A stretch of 64,000 nt of DNA from positions 2,865,743 through 2,929,742 of the forward strand of contig CAWGHY010000002.1 in assembly GCA_963822555.1 (NCBI GenBank), written 5' to 3'. The notes beneath the pieces are model-generated. The model was not told the origin of the DNA and searched no databases. It saw nothing but the letters and a program-made list of their open reading frames with translations. Made by a program: the position numbers and the translations under genes. Shown here in pieces: positions 26,612-35,633 of this stretch (the stretch's first letter is position 1; each line of letters starts with the position of its first letter). The stretch is from Terriglobia bacterium (GTDB lineage: Bacteria; Acidobacteriota; Terriglobia; Terriglobales; Acidobacteriaceae).

Positions 26612-27452
26612 CTATGGTTAGTGCTTTTTGCCTCGCCGTTTCATACAACACGATACTCGTGGCCACGCCCACGTTCAGCGATTCCACCTGCGGCGCCTGC
26701 GGGATGGCCACCACTTCATCCATTAATTTGATGAGTTCGCGAGACAATCCGGCGCCCTCGCTGCCAATAAAGATAGCCAGCGGCCCGGCCAGATTGGATT
26801 GATCGAGCGCCTTACCCTTGTGCGACGCGGTCGCCACCAGGCGGACGCCACGCGCTTTCATACCTCCGATAGCATCAGCTAGCTTTACGCGCGCCATCGG
26901 CAGGCGGAATACCGAACCCGCCGAGGCCCGCACGACTTTGGGATTGAACGGGCTGACTGTGCCCTCCCCCAGCAGTACTCCGCCCGCGCCGAAAGCCTCC
27001 GCTGAGCGCAGGATTGTGCCCAGATTTCCCGGGTCCTGCACTCCGGCAATGGCCAGCAAGGGACCGGCGGTAGATTTGGCCAGCACGTCTTCGAGCGAAA
27101 ATTCCTTCCATCGAGCTAACGCCGCCACACCCTGAGGCGCGTCGCTGGGGACAACGCCGGCAAATAGCTTGTCAGGCAACAACAGAGTCTCGACCTGGGC
27201 GTCGAGCTGGGAAAGCATCTTTTCCGCACGCAAGGCCGCCGACTCGCTGAAGAAAACGGCGCGAAAGCGCAGGCCGCTGCGAATGGCTTCGTCCAGAATA
27301 CGGAAGCCTTCGATGGCGCAATAGCCGTCCTCGGTAAGCTCGCTGCGGGCAAAAGCCCGGCGCAGATCTTTGACCTGGGCGTTGTGCCGTCCCTCGATGC
27401 GGCGCAATCGGGCATTTGCCGTCCGGCCGCCAGTGGCAGTGGTTTCCTTCAT
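26562..27452 (-). CDS. TrmH/SpoU-family RNA 2'-O-methyltransferase
   Basis: ATG 27452 (MKETTATGG). SpoU motifs are present: AIAGVQDPGNLGTILRSAEAFG, IFIGSEGAGLS and IPQAPQVESLNVGVATSIVLYE. The last 17 or so codons lie inside the hairpin element. Confidence 0.85.
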   Translation of the reverse strand: MKETTATGGRTANARLRRIEGRHNAQVKDLRRAFARSELTEDGYCAIEGFRILDEAIRSGLRFRAVFFSESAALRAEKMLSQLDAQVETLLLPDKLFAGVVPSDAPQGVAALARWKEFSLEDVLAKSTAGPLLAIAGVQDPGNLGTILRSAEAFGAGGVLLGEGTVSPFNPKVVRASAGSVFRLPMARVKLADAIGGMKARGVRLVATASHKGKALDQSNLAGPLAIFIGSEGAGLSRELIKLMDEVVAIPQAPQVESLNVGVATSIVLYETARQKALTIEDTKVHEGRPRGSFPS

Positions 27453-27684
27453 ATTCGCATTGGTTCGCTCGGAATCATACCTGTTCCTGCGTAACACCGG
27501 CTGTCCGGAAGGCGTCTGGCCACGGCGGTTGAACGCTTCTTCGTCGCAAAAAGCAGCGGCGGGGGTTGCCCGCCTATCGGGCCGGCGGGACGCCGGCGCT
27601 ACGCAATGCTCGGCTTTCTGCGGTTTCCCATGTTATGTTAGCTTTCTTGATTTCAACACTGGGATCTGGAAGGGACGACCTGGA

Positions 27685-28332
27685 GTGCGTGTAGAGATTG
27701 TCAAAATTAACTGCGATAACCCGGAGCCTTCTCTCATCCGCTACGCGGCCGACCAGATTCGCGCCGGCGAAGTCCTGGGCATGCCCACTGACACTTTTTA
27801 CGGTCTGGCCGCCGATCCTTTTAACTTGCGCGCGGTAGATCGCGTATATGACATCAAGTCGCGCTCACGGCACAAGCCCCTCTCGCTGCTGATCGCAGAT
27901 GTCGATCAAGCGGAGCAACTGGCGCAACCTCTGACGGAAGAATTTTATGCCCTGGCGCGTCGCTTCTGGCCGGGACCGTTAACCATCATCGTCAAGGCCT
28001 CTTCGCGGCTTCCTCTGAAAGTGACGGCCAACACCGGCAACGTCGCGCTGCGTGTGCCCAAAGCCCCCATTCCGCTGGCGGTCGTCCAGGCGGCGCAGAT
28101 TCCAATCACCGCCACCTCTGCCAACCTGAGCGGCGAATCGGAGTGCACAACCGCGCTGGCGGTACGCGATCAGCTTCTGGACCGCATCGCCATCATCGTC
28201 GACGGCGGCACCTCGCCCCGTGAAGTGGCGTCGACCATCATTGATCTCACGGACGAAGAGGCCCGCTGGCGCATCATGCGTGAGGGTGCCATTCCGGCCC
28301 AGGAGATTTCTGAGTTTTTCGCGCAAGGATGA
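27685..28332 (+). CDS. tsaC: L-threonylcarbamoyladenylate synthase (YrdC/TsaC/Sua5 domain)
   Basis: Start placed at GTG 27685. Motifs MPTDTFYGLAADPFN, KSRSRHKPLSLLI and ATSANLSG are present. The upstream part of the ORF-track frame is Arg/Ser-rich and overlaps the divergent gene. Confidence 0.82.
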   Translation: MRVEIVKINCDNPEPSLIRYAADQIRAGEVLGMPTDTFYGLAADPFNLRAVDRVYDIKSRSRHKPLSLLIADVDQAEQLAQPLTEEFYALARRFWPGPLTIIVKASSRLPLKVTANTGNVALRVPKAPIPLAVVQAAQIPITATSANLSGESECTTALAVRDQLLDRIAIIVDGGTSPREVASTIIDLTDEEARWRIMREGAIPAQEISEFFAQG

Positions 28333-28943
28333 ACCGAGAAGAAGATCGGCGGCCTAACCCCTGGCCCTTGTGGGTGGTGGTGCTGGCTGCGGCAGCGGTC
28401 GCGGCCTTTCTCGGGATCACCAGCGTCCGCATTGTTCACCAAGCCGGTTTGCAGGAAGTTCATCCCGCCGACGCCATCGTTGTTTTCGGCGCGGCTGAAT
28501 ATGCGGGACGACCGTCTCCCGTCTTCCGCGCCCGGCTCGATCATGCCTACGATCTTTTCCAGCGCGGCACGGCGCCGGTCGTCATCACCACCGGAGGTTC
28601 AGGCGCTGACCCGACCTTCAGCGAAGGCGGCGTGGGCCACGATTATCTGATGCGCCGCGGCATTCCCGAATCCCAACTGATCGCCGAGACCCAGGGTTCC
28701 GATACGGCGTCATCGGCGGAGCGCGTCGCCGTAATCATGAGCGCCAACCGGATGCACAGCTGCGTAGCGGTGAGCGACGCCTACCATGTATTCCGCATCC
28801 GCAAATTGCTGGAGCACGAAGGATTACAGGTGTATGTAGCGCCGCGTCCGGACTCCCGTCCGCGATCGGCCGGGCAGCGGACTATGGCAGTGTTGCGCGA
28901 AGCCGCCAGCTACCTGGTTTGGAAGCTGGGCATTCCCGCGTAG
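28329..28943 (+). CDS. DUF218 (YdcF/ElyC/SanA-like) protein with N-terminal membrane anchor
   Basis: 204-aa ORF overlapping the tsaC stop by 4 nt. Contains AIVVFGAAEY...VVITTGG...AVSDAYH, the DUF218 pattern. Confidence 0.8.
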   Translation: MNREEDRRPNPWPLWVVVLAAAAVAAFLGITSVRIVHQAGLQEVHPADAIVVFGAAEYAGRPSPVFRARLDHAYDLFQRGTAPVVITTGGSGADPTFSEGGVGHDYLMRRGIPESQLIAETQGSDTASSAERVAVIMSANRMHSCVAVSDAYHVFRIRKLLEHEGLQVYVAPRPDSRPRSAGQRTMAVLREAASYLVWKLGIPA

Positions 28944-29209
28944 CTGTCATCCTAAGCGCAGCTTGTCATCCTGAGCGCAGCTTGTCATCCTGAGCGCAGC
29001 TTGTCATCCTGAGCGCAGCAGAAAGTTCGCTGCGCGAACTTTCTGCGGAGTCGAAGGACCCCTATAGCAACGATGGCCGCGGAAAATCGTGAGGGTTTCG
29101 CTTCGATCTTCAGAAACCCAACAGCACTGGCTGCCGCCAAGCTCATAGGGGTCCTTCGACTCCGAAACTGCTTCGCTTCGCGAAGCACTTTCTCCCTCAG
29201 GATGACAGC
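28943..29209. repeat. Composite nested-palindrome MITE-like element with a 4-fold amplified terminus
   Basis: Termini GCTGTCATCCTAAG / CTCAGGATGACAGC are inverted. Four tandem copies of GCTTGTCATCCTGAGCGCA occupy 28943-29017. An internal perfect 19-bp inverted repeat GGAGTCGAAGGACCCCTAT lies at 29047-29065 and 29145-29163, together with smaller palindromes. Confidence 0.85.
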
Positions 29210-29730
29210 CAGCCCATCTTTTTTCTCAGCTCGGTGATGTGCGCCACATGATGGCGTCCGTGCCAGGAATAGAGCGCCAGGTTCTTCTCCAGCGGCATCG
29301 TGCCTGATTCGGGATGGTTGAAGACCCGCTTCCAGTCGCTGGGCTCGAGCGAACGCAGCAGGCGCACCCAGCGACTGTGTAGTGAGTCGAGCAGCGTCAA
29401 CGAAACTTCCAGCGGGGTGGACTGCACATCTCCCAGGTTCGCCCAGCGATCTTCCATGTAGGGTTTGATGGTCGGCGCATCTTCGGTCAGCGCCAGTTTG
29501 AAGCGAATGTAGGCGTTCATGTGGCTCTCCGGCACGTGATGGACGACTTGCCGCACCGTCCATCCGCCGTCGCGGTAGGGAGTTTCGATCTGCCGCGGCG
29601 AGAGCCCTGCGACGGAAGCGCGCAAGGCAGCTGGAGCTCTCTCGATGTCCTCGATGAATTTCTGACGCTGTGGCTCGTCCGGCGGGCCGTCATAAATAAA
29701 TTTTCCGATGGGATAACGCGGATCGCTCAT
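29197..29730 (-). CDS. DinB/YfiT-family metal-dependent protein
   Basis: ATG 29730 preceded by AAGGAG. PIGKF...WTVRQVVHHVPESHMNAYIRF...WHGRHHVAHI shows the His triad typical of the DinB_2/YfiT family. Confidence 0.85.
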   Translation of the reverse strand: MSDPRYPIGKFIYDGPPDEPQRQKFIEDIERAPAALRASVAGLSPRQIETPYRDGGWTVRQVVHHVPESHMNAYIRFKLALTEDAPTIKPYMEDRWANLGDVQSTPLEVSLTLLDSLHSRWVRLLRSLEPSDWKRVFNHPESGTMPLEKNLALYSWHGRHHVAHITELRKKMGWLSS

Positions 29731-29920
29731 CTGTGTCTCCTTTGCGCGTTCGCGGGCGAGGGCGCCCGCGCCACACAACCGATTATCAGAAAACGCGAAA
29801 AGCCGCGGAAAATCAATGAAAGAACGTGATCCCGGGTAAGATTTGGAGACACGGACTGTTTAGAACTGTAGTCGTTACAGCAGGCGATGGATGACGGCTC
29901 TGGGAAGCAGAAGCCGAGGT

Positions 29921-30691
29921 CTAATGCACCAGCGCCAGGATTCGGACTGGGGCGGTCGATCCTCCCGCCACTTTCGCCGGAGCCACCATGGCGACGGCTC
30001 CGTTGGCGGGCATGCGGTCGAGGTTCGCTACATTGGTTAGAACATAGACGCCGTGCTCCGCCGCATATTGATCGACGGCTAATTTCCTGGCCGAGCCGCG
30101 ATCGAGGTTGGCGGTATCGGTGCCCAGGCCGAGAGCATTGCGGCCTTCCGCCAGGAAGCGAGCCGCGTCCTCGGAATATCCCGGAAAGTGCATGACTCCT
30201 TGGGCGTCGGCATTGCGATAGTCTCTGACCGAGTTCCAGCGCGATCCCCATCCTGTGCGCACCATGATGACTGCGCCCAAAGGAATGGGTCCGTTGGCTT
30301 GCTCCCACTGCGCGATGTCCTGTACAGAAAGCTCGTAGTTCGGATTACTCTTTGCGCTGGCGCTGATATCGATGACGACCAATGGGCCGATCAACCGGCC
30401 GGCGGGAATCTGATCGACCGTCCATGTGCCACGCCGCAGGCGGGCCGGAGCATCAATGCGGGTCGCGAACTGCTCAGAAGCCTGCGATGAAGATACCTTT
30501 TCCGACAAGGCGACGTTCTCAAGCCGGTAACCGGACTTCTGCGCCGTCCCGAGACCGCTCGCGGGCAACGAATGGGTAAGGTCGACCACCTCGCGGAAGC
30601 TGCCGGGTTGGCTCGTTTCGGGGCGTTTTTGAGCGAACAAGAATAGTGCCAGGGCCAAAACGGAGCCGATTACAAATGTATGAATCCGCAT
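29921..30691 (-). CDS. Secreted cyclase-family protein (kynurenine-formamidase-like)
   Basis: Signal peptide MRIHTFVIGSVLALALFLFAQ. Cyclase-family pattern VVDLTHSL..., IMVRTGW, HFPGYSEDAARFL, GLGTDTANLD. Confidence 0.82.
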   Translation of the reverse strand: MRIHTFVIGSVLALALFLFAQKRPETSQPGSFREVVDLTHSLPASGLGTAQKSGYRLENVALSEKVSSSQASEQFATRIDAPARLRRGTWTVDQIPAGRLIGPLVVIDISASAKSNPNYELSVQDIAQWEQANGPIPLGAVIMVRTGWGSRWNSVRDYRNADAQGVMHFPGYSEDAARFLAEGRNALGLGTDTANLDRGSARKLAVDQYAAEHGVYVLTNVANLDRMPANGAVAMVAPAKVAGGSTAPVRILALVH

Positions 30692-30874
30692 TACTTCTAA
30701 CGTCTTTCGTCGCTTTTAAGGGCCCGTCTGGAACTTTGGAAACCCAACTAAAGCAGTGAGATGCGAGCAGCTTCACGTGAAGATGCTCTTCCTGAATTTT
30801 CGCGCGGACGGTCATCCCCAGCAAGGCCCATCAGTACATGACCTGCCGGGGTGAATCACGGAACAACCGGGGTC

Positions 30875-31720
30875 TCAAGCCAGCCAAAATGCAGTAATGG
30901 CCGCCGCCAGAGTGCCGAGAAAGTTTACTGAGTCGTTATTAACAAGATGACGCCTCTCCAGCGCCGCGCCCAGAAAACTATCGGCAATCATGCCCACGAC
31001 GGCAGCGCCCGCCGCGATTCCCAACCACCGCCAGGGCAGCAGTCCTCCCAGAACACACACCGAACTCACGATCCCGGCAGCCAGGACGCCGGCCAGAGTC
31101 CCGGCCATGCTCACTGCTCCGTCGGTGCCGGGAGGAACAAAACTCCATGTAGTGACCAGACGAGCCTTTTGACCGAAGGCTTGACCCAATTCGCTGGAAA
31201 CTGTGTCCGCCGCAGCCTCGGAGAGCGCCGCCGCCATGGCCAGGAGAAAAAGCGCCCGGCTGTGTCCCAGGGCGGAAAGCGCCGCGCAAACTGTCGCTAC
31301 TCCGAGATTAGCCAGAACCTGGGACGCTTTCCGGCCTTCTCTGCGTTCCGCCGTCCCCAGCTTCTGTTTGCGTTGGTAGCCGAGGCGGGTGGTGATCCAG
31401 GTCAGGGCGAAGACGGTGATCAGCGCCGCGAAAGCCCCCGGACCGCCACACAGGTAAAGAACAAAGCAGCTCACCGCTCCTGCCAGCGCACCCCAGTTCG
31501 TAACTCCGCGCATCCCGCGGGCAATCAGGGTGAAGGCGAGAGTGAGCAGACCGGCCAACACCCAACGTCCCGGGGGTACGGCTAAAGCGGAAAATCGGGC
31601 AAATTCATTCACGTTGCTCACAATAAGCGCCGCTTGGCTGCAAGCGGCAGCGGACTCCACAAGATATAGCGTAGCCTGTTCGACCATGCTACAGATAGGG
31701 CTTGGTGTTCGGATTACCAA
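30875..31720 (-). CDS. DUF92 (TMEM19-like) integral membrane protein
   Basis: Polytopic ORF with ALSEAAADTVSSELG and GTDGAVSMAGTLAG, characteristic of DUF92. Exact start uncertain. Confidence 0.72.
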   Translation of the reverse strand: MVIRTPSPICSMVEQATLYLVESAAACSQAALIVSNVNEFARFSALAVPPGRWVLAGLLTLAFTLIARGMRGVTNWGALAGAVSCFVLYLCGGPGAFAALITVFALTWITTRLGYQRKQKLGTAERREGRKASQVLANLGVATVCAALSALGHSRALFLLAMAAALSEAAADTVSSELGQAFGQKARLVTTWSFVPPGTDGAVSMAGTLAGVLAAGIVSSVCVLGGLLPWRWLGIAAGAAVVGMIADSFLGAALERRHLVNNDSVNFLGTLAAAITAFWLA

Positions 31721-31799
31721 CGTCGATGGACTGCATCAAAGCTGGCTAAGTAGTCTAAACTGCACTACGCTTGCGGGTTATTCGGTTCGGAGAGAACTT

Positions 31800-32630
31800 A
31801 TGGCAGCCTCGGTTTGGTCGGGATATCTTACTTTCGGCTTGATCTCCATGCCGGTGCGTCTTTTTTCCGGGGCGCGGAGTAACGGCATCTCCTTCAACAT
31901 GTTGCATCGCGACGACCTGCAGCGGGTCAAGCAGCAATATTACTGCCCGGCGGACAATCGCGTAGTGGAGCGCAACGAGATCGTGAAGGGCTACGAGTTC
32001 CGCAAAGGCGAATATGTCGTCATCGAACCGGAAGAGATCAAAAAGATCGAGCCGCAGACCGCGAAGACCATGGAGATTCTGGAATTTGTGAAAGCCAGTG
32101 AAGTCGATCCCGTATTTTTCGAATCTTCGTATTACATGTTGCCGGAAGAGGCGGGACGCAGGCCCTACGGATTGTTGACCAAGGCTCTCGAAGAGAGCGA
32201 GTACGTTGCCATCGCCAAGCTGACCATGCACAACCGCGAATACACCGTCTTTCTGCGGCCTCATGCCGGCGGGCTGATGCTTCACACCATGTATTACGCG
32301 GACGAAGTTCGTCAGGTGGAAGGATTCGGCGCGCCTGAAGTTGAATTGAAGGCGGCGGAAGTGAAAGTGGCTCACCAGTTGATCGAAGCCCTGGCCGCCG
32401 AATGGGACCCGGAGAAGTATCACGACACTTTCCAGGAGAACGTGAAGAAGCTGATCGAGACCAAACTGGAAGGCGGCAAGATCACTGAAGTAGAGAAGCC
32501 CAAGAAGCTGGCCCCGGTAGTCGACCTGATGGCAGCCCTGAAACAGAGCCTGGCCGAGATGGAAGGAAAAAAGAAGCCGGCAGCGCCGGCGCAGGAAGCC
32601 GTAGGAAAGCGCTCGAGGGGGAAGGCGTAG
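31800..32630 (+). CDS. ku: Non-homologous end-joining protein Ku
   Basis: ATG 31800. MAASVWSGYLTFGLISMPVRLFSGARS is the canonical bacterial Ku N-terminus. Basic C-terminal tail KKKPAAPAQEAVGKRSRGKA. Confidence 0.9.
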   Translation: MAASVWSGYLTFGLISMPVRLFSGARSNGISFNMLHRDDLQRVKQQYYCPADNRVVERNEIVKGYEFRKGEYVVIEPEEIKKIEPQTAKTMEILEFVKASEVDPVFFESSYYMLPEEAGRRPYGLLTKALEESEYVAIAKLTMHNREYTVFLRPHAGGLMLHTMYYADEVRQVEGFGAPEVELKAAEVKVAHQLIEALAAEWDPEKYHDTFQENVKKLIETKLEGGKITEVEKPKKLAPVVDLMAALKQSLAEMEGKKKPAAPAQEAVGKRSRGKA

Positions 32631-32637
32631 TAGAGCG

Positions 32638-32680
32638 GCAATTAGCAATTAGCAATTAGCAATCGGCAATTGGGCAATAA
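32638..32680. repeat. Heptanucleotide tandem array, about 6 x GCAATTR
   Basis: gcaatta x3, then gcaatcg, gcaattg and a degenerate ggcaata. Begins 8 nt after the ku stop. Confidence 0.85.
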
Positions 32681-32895
32681 GTGACGTGTACTTAAACCAG
32701 CCTGCCCCGCCAGAAATCTTCTGGTTTCTCGAAGACACCCTTTCATATGTCCCCCGGCATCAGACTGAAAGGCCAAAGGCCAAGTGCTAATTCCCAATTG
32801 CTGTTTTCGTCCGCTGGCGCATATTCCAACCAACCATTAAAATGGGTGCTCTTCCGAATCATTGTGAGTTCATGGACGGTTCTGCTGGGGTGCGG

Positions 32896-34461
32896 ATGAA
32901 ATTTTGGCGTGCGGCCCGCTTGGTGGGCGTTTTGATTCTGGGCCTGATCGGCGCCAGCTGCGGAGATCAATATCGGCCGGTGGCGATTCCTATCATCCCG
33001 CCGCCACCCAATCCCCAGAGCGTTCACTTCGTGCTGGTGTTCAGCGTCAATGGCGCGATTAATCCCGGCGCCAGCAGCCGTATGGATGTTTCCGGCGATA
33101 CCAACGTCGGGGTCGCCCAACTCGGACTCGGTCCCAATCATGCGACGCTGATCTCCAACGCCACTAAGGTCTACGCGGTAAACACCCAAGAGGATACGGT
33201 GTCTTCGTATTCTCCAACCCCCGGAACGACCGCCACATCTGTCTCCACGACATCTCTTCCGACCGGTTCGAACCCGGTGTTTGTCACCACTACGGAGGGC
33301 GGCACGGTTTACGTGGCCAACTATAGCCTGGGAACGGTGGCAGCGATCTCGACCAGCACCAACATTGTCTTAAGTCCGTTGATTACTGTAGGCGCTAATC
33401 CTGTCGCCTTGGCGGAAACTCCCGACCAGAAGAAGCTCTACGCGGTCAACCAGGGCGATGGCACTGTCACCCCAATCAGTCTGGCCGACCGGACTGTAAT
33501 ACCCGCCGTCGCAACCGGGGCTGCTCCGGTGTGGGCTGTGGCACGCTCCGATAGTGGGAGGATTTACGTCCTGAACAGTGGGAGTGGCACGGTTTCGACC
33601 ATCGACACGACCAGTGACACTTTGCTGAGCACCGTGCCCGTGGGCGCGGGCGCGAATTACATGGCATATGACAGCAAGCTGAACCGGCTTTATGTCACAA
33701 ATCCAACCGCCAACACTGTGACCGCATTGAGTGTCGCCACGGATCCGCCCACTGTGCTGTTCGTCACCCCGGTTCCAGCCACGCCAGTCAACGTGGCTGT
33801 GCTGCCGGATGGAACGCGGGCTTACGCCGTGAGTTTTACGAAGACTCCGCCCTGCACTTCCATTGCTTTGGACACGCAACCTTGTGTCACCTCCGAAGTG
33901 ACTGTCATCAACACCACCGACGGCAGTGTCCGCAAGACCATTCCGCTTGAATCCACGATCAACATAACTGCGGCGTCGCAAGGCAACTCCGGCACCACTT
34001 ACTCCTACACGTTGCTTTCTGGTCCCGCTCTGCGGCCGGGCATGGAGATGGTGATTTCAGGCATGGCAGATGCGGGGAACAACGGAACGTTCACGCTGGT
34101 AACGGTAAACGCTGGAACATTTACGGTGGCGAATGGCAACGGAACCACCGCAGCCAGCCAGAGCGGCACCGGAACTGTGGTGGCCGAAGTCTCGACCACA
34201 AACCCAACCGGCTGCGACATAAGTGGCCTGGGCGTGCCGGGAGGCGTACTGGGCGGCGTGCGCTTCCGGTTGTCCGTCGCCGCTTCAGGCGACAGTTCGA
34301 AAGTAGTGGTTGGAAAGTGCGATGCGGGCAGCATCACAATCCTGCGGACGTCGGACGACACGCCCGTGCTCGACCTATCGGCTCCCTTGAGTGCGGTAAC
34401 CCCACCCAACGGCGGCAATGCTTTGCCGCAGAATCCCGTGTTCGTTCTGGCAGGACCGTAA
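32896..34461 (+). CDS. Lipoprotein with YVTN-type beta-propeller repeats
   Basis: ATG 32896. Lipobox-like LILGLIGASCG. Repeated units are YAVN / YVAN / YVLN / YVTN (KVYAVNTQEDTVS, TVYVANYSLGTVA, KLYAVNQGDGTVT, RIYVLNSGSGTVS, RLYVTNPTANTVT). Confidence 0.82.
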   Translation: MKFWRAARLVGVLILGLIGASCGDQYRPVAIPIIPPPPNPQSVHFVLVFSVNGAINPGASSRMDVSGDTNVGVAQLGLGPNHATLISNATKVYAVNTQEDTVSSYSPTPGTTATSVSTTSLPTGSNPVFVTTTEGGTVYVANYSLGTVAAISTSTNIVLSPLITVGANPVALAETPDQKKLYAVNQGDGTVTPISLADRTVIPAVATGAAPVWAVARSDSGRIYVLNSGSGTVSTIDTTSDTLLSTVPVGAGANYMAYDSKLNRLYVTNPTANTVTALSVATDPPTVLFVTPVPATPVNVAVLPDGTRAYAVSFTKTPPCTSIALDTQPCVTSEVTVINTTDGSVRKTIPLESTINITAASQGNSGTTYSYTLLSGPALRPGMEMVISGMADAGNNGTFTLVTVNAGTFTVANGNGTTAASQSGTGTVVAEVSTTNPTGCDISGLGVPGGVLGGVRFRLSVAASGDSSKVVVGKCDAGSITILRTSDDTPVLDLSAPLSAVTPPNGGNALPQNPVFVLAGP

Positions 34462-34510
34462 GGCGGACGTCGGACTTCAGACGTCTGACCTCGGTAAGAC
34501 CGAGGCTGCA

Positions 34511-34647
34511 GTTTCTGGTTTCTAGTTTCTAGTTTCTAGTTTCTGGTTTCTAGTTTCTGGTTTCCGGTTTCTGGTTTCCAGTTTCTAGAAACAGTTCCGG
34601 CTCTGGTTTGGGTTTCTAGAAACAAGAAACCGGAAACTGGAAACTAG
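34511..34647. repeat. 11 x GTTTCYR heptamer array followed by inverted heptamers (long imperfect hairpin)
   Basis: Eleven tandem heptamers at 34511-34587. These are followed by TTTCTAGAAA palindromes and reverse-oriented copies (aagaaac cggaaac tggaaac) up to 34647. Lies between convergent genes. Confidence 0.9.
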
Positions 34648-34653
34648 TCCGAG

Positions 34654-35142
34654 TTATTTGCCGGCTGCGGCTACCAGTTCGCGGTTATAGCGCAGAGCGA
34701 TGTTCATGAAGACGTTTCCCCGGGCGGTTTCACAGCAGATAACCAGAGCTTCGGTGTCTTCGGTACTGATGGGACCGTGTTCGGAGGTATGCAAAACGGG
34801 GGGATGGACGCGGAAATGAAAGCCTTGATCATTCAAGGCGGTGACGGCGTTTCCCGTCACTTGATTGGCTAGCTCACAAACCGTTTCGCGTATCAGGTCG
34901 TCGGACTCCGGCAGTTCGGTGCCCGCGAAATGGCTGGCAACGCGCAGCGCGGTGTCGGGGTCCAGGTCGAACACAATTCGGCCTTCGATATCCCCGGTGA
35001 TCGCGACCAGTGCGGCCACGCCTTTGCGCCGGTACGCCTCCTGCTCCATGCTCAGGTTCCCGATGGACATGGGAGACTGCAGGCCCTGGGCCAGGACGGC
35101 ATCCGCCGCATTGATGAACGGCTGGATCAGCTCCATCTTCAT
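34654..35142 (-). CDS. cheX: CheX/CheC-family CheY-P phosphatase
   Basis: 162-aa ORF, last gene of the che operon. Single E-x2-N active-site motif (VCELANQVTGN), as in the CheC/CheX/FliY family. Confidence 0.78.
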   Translation of the reverse strand: MKMELIQPFINAADAVLAQGLQSPMSIGNLSMEQEAYRRKGVAALVAITGDIEGRIVFDLDPDTALRVASHFAGTELPESDDLIRETVCELANQVTGNAVTALNDQGFHFRVHPPVLHTSEHGPISTEDTEALVICCETARGNVFMNIALRYNRELVAAAGK

Positions 35143-35145
35143 AGA

Positions 35146-35586
35146 TCAGGCTCCCGCGCCTGCAGCAGTGGCAACCACCCCGTCCTCGCCCAGCACGTAC
35201 TTGATCACCTCGTACAGAACTTCCGGTTTGACCGGCTTCTGCACAAAGTGGCGAGCTCCGCGTTGCAGCGCGGCCACGATGTTTTCCTGATAGCCCACGG
35301 AAGACACCATGACAATGCGCGCCTCGGGATGCTGGGCCACGATTTTCTCGGCCGCCTCGATCCCTTCCATCTGTGGCATGGTGATGTCCATGAGCACGAT
35401 GTCGGGATTGATGCGGTCGTATTCGGTGATGGCGGTCATGCCGTCCCCGGCTTCGCCAGCCACCTGTCCCCCGAAAGTTTCGACAATGCGGGCCAGGTTT
35501 TTGCGGGCGAAGACAGAGTCGTCCACCACCAGATAACGCACGGGTTGACCGTCCTTGCTGCGTTTTAACGATGCAAACTGCTCCAT
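35146..35586 (-). CDS. cheY: Chemotaxis single-domain response regulator
   Basis: Receiver motifs are YLVVDDS, IVLMDITMPQM, IVMVSS and HFVQKP. Lies within the che operon. Confidence 0.85.
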   Translation of the reverse strand: MEQFASLKRSKDGQPVRYLVVDDSVFARKNLARIVETFGGQVAGEAGDGMTAITEYDRINPDIVLMDITMPQMEGIEAAEKIVAQHPEARIVMVSSVGYQENIVAALQRGARHFVQKPVKPEVLYEVIKYVLGEDGVVATAAGAGA

Positions 35587-35633
35587 AAATCCTCCTGCTT
35601 GATCTACAAATTCGAACCTGCGTCAGTCCAAAA

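Noticed and set aside
28943-29017. Tandem 19-bp repeats considered as a possible CRISPR array
   Set aside because: The copies are directly adjacent with no spacers, the repeat is too short, and the block is one amplified terminus of a palindromic element. No cas genes are in the window.
31755-32648. 297-aa ORF antisense to ku
   Set aside because: Leu/Arg/Phe-rich mirror frame. The plus strand encodes a canonical Ku N-terminus and core.
33265-33275. GGTTCGAACCC, a tRNA T-arm-like motif
   Set aside because: It lies in-frame inside the beta-propeller lipoprotein CDS (..TGSNPVF..). No acceptor stem or anticodon arm can be built around it.
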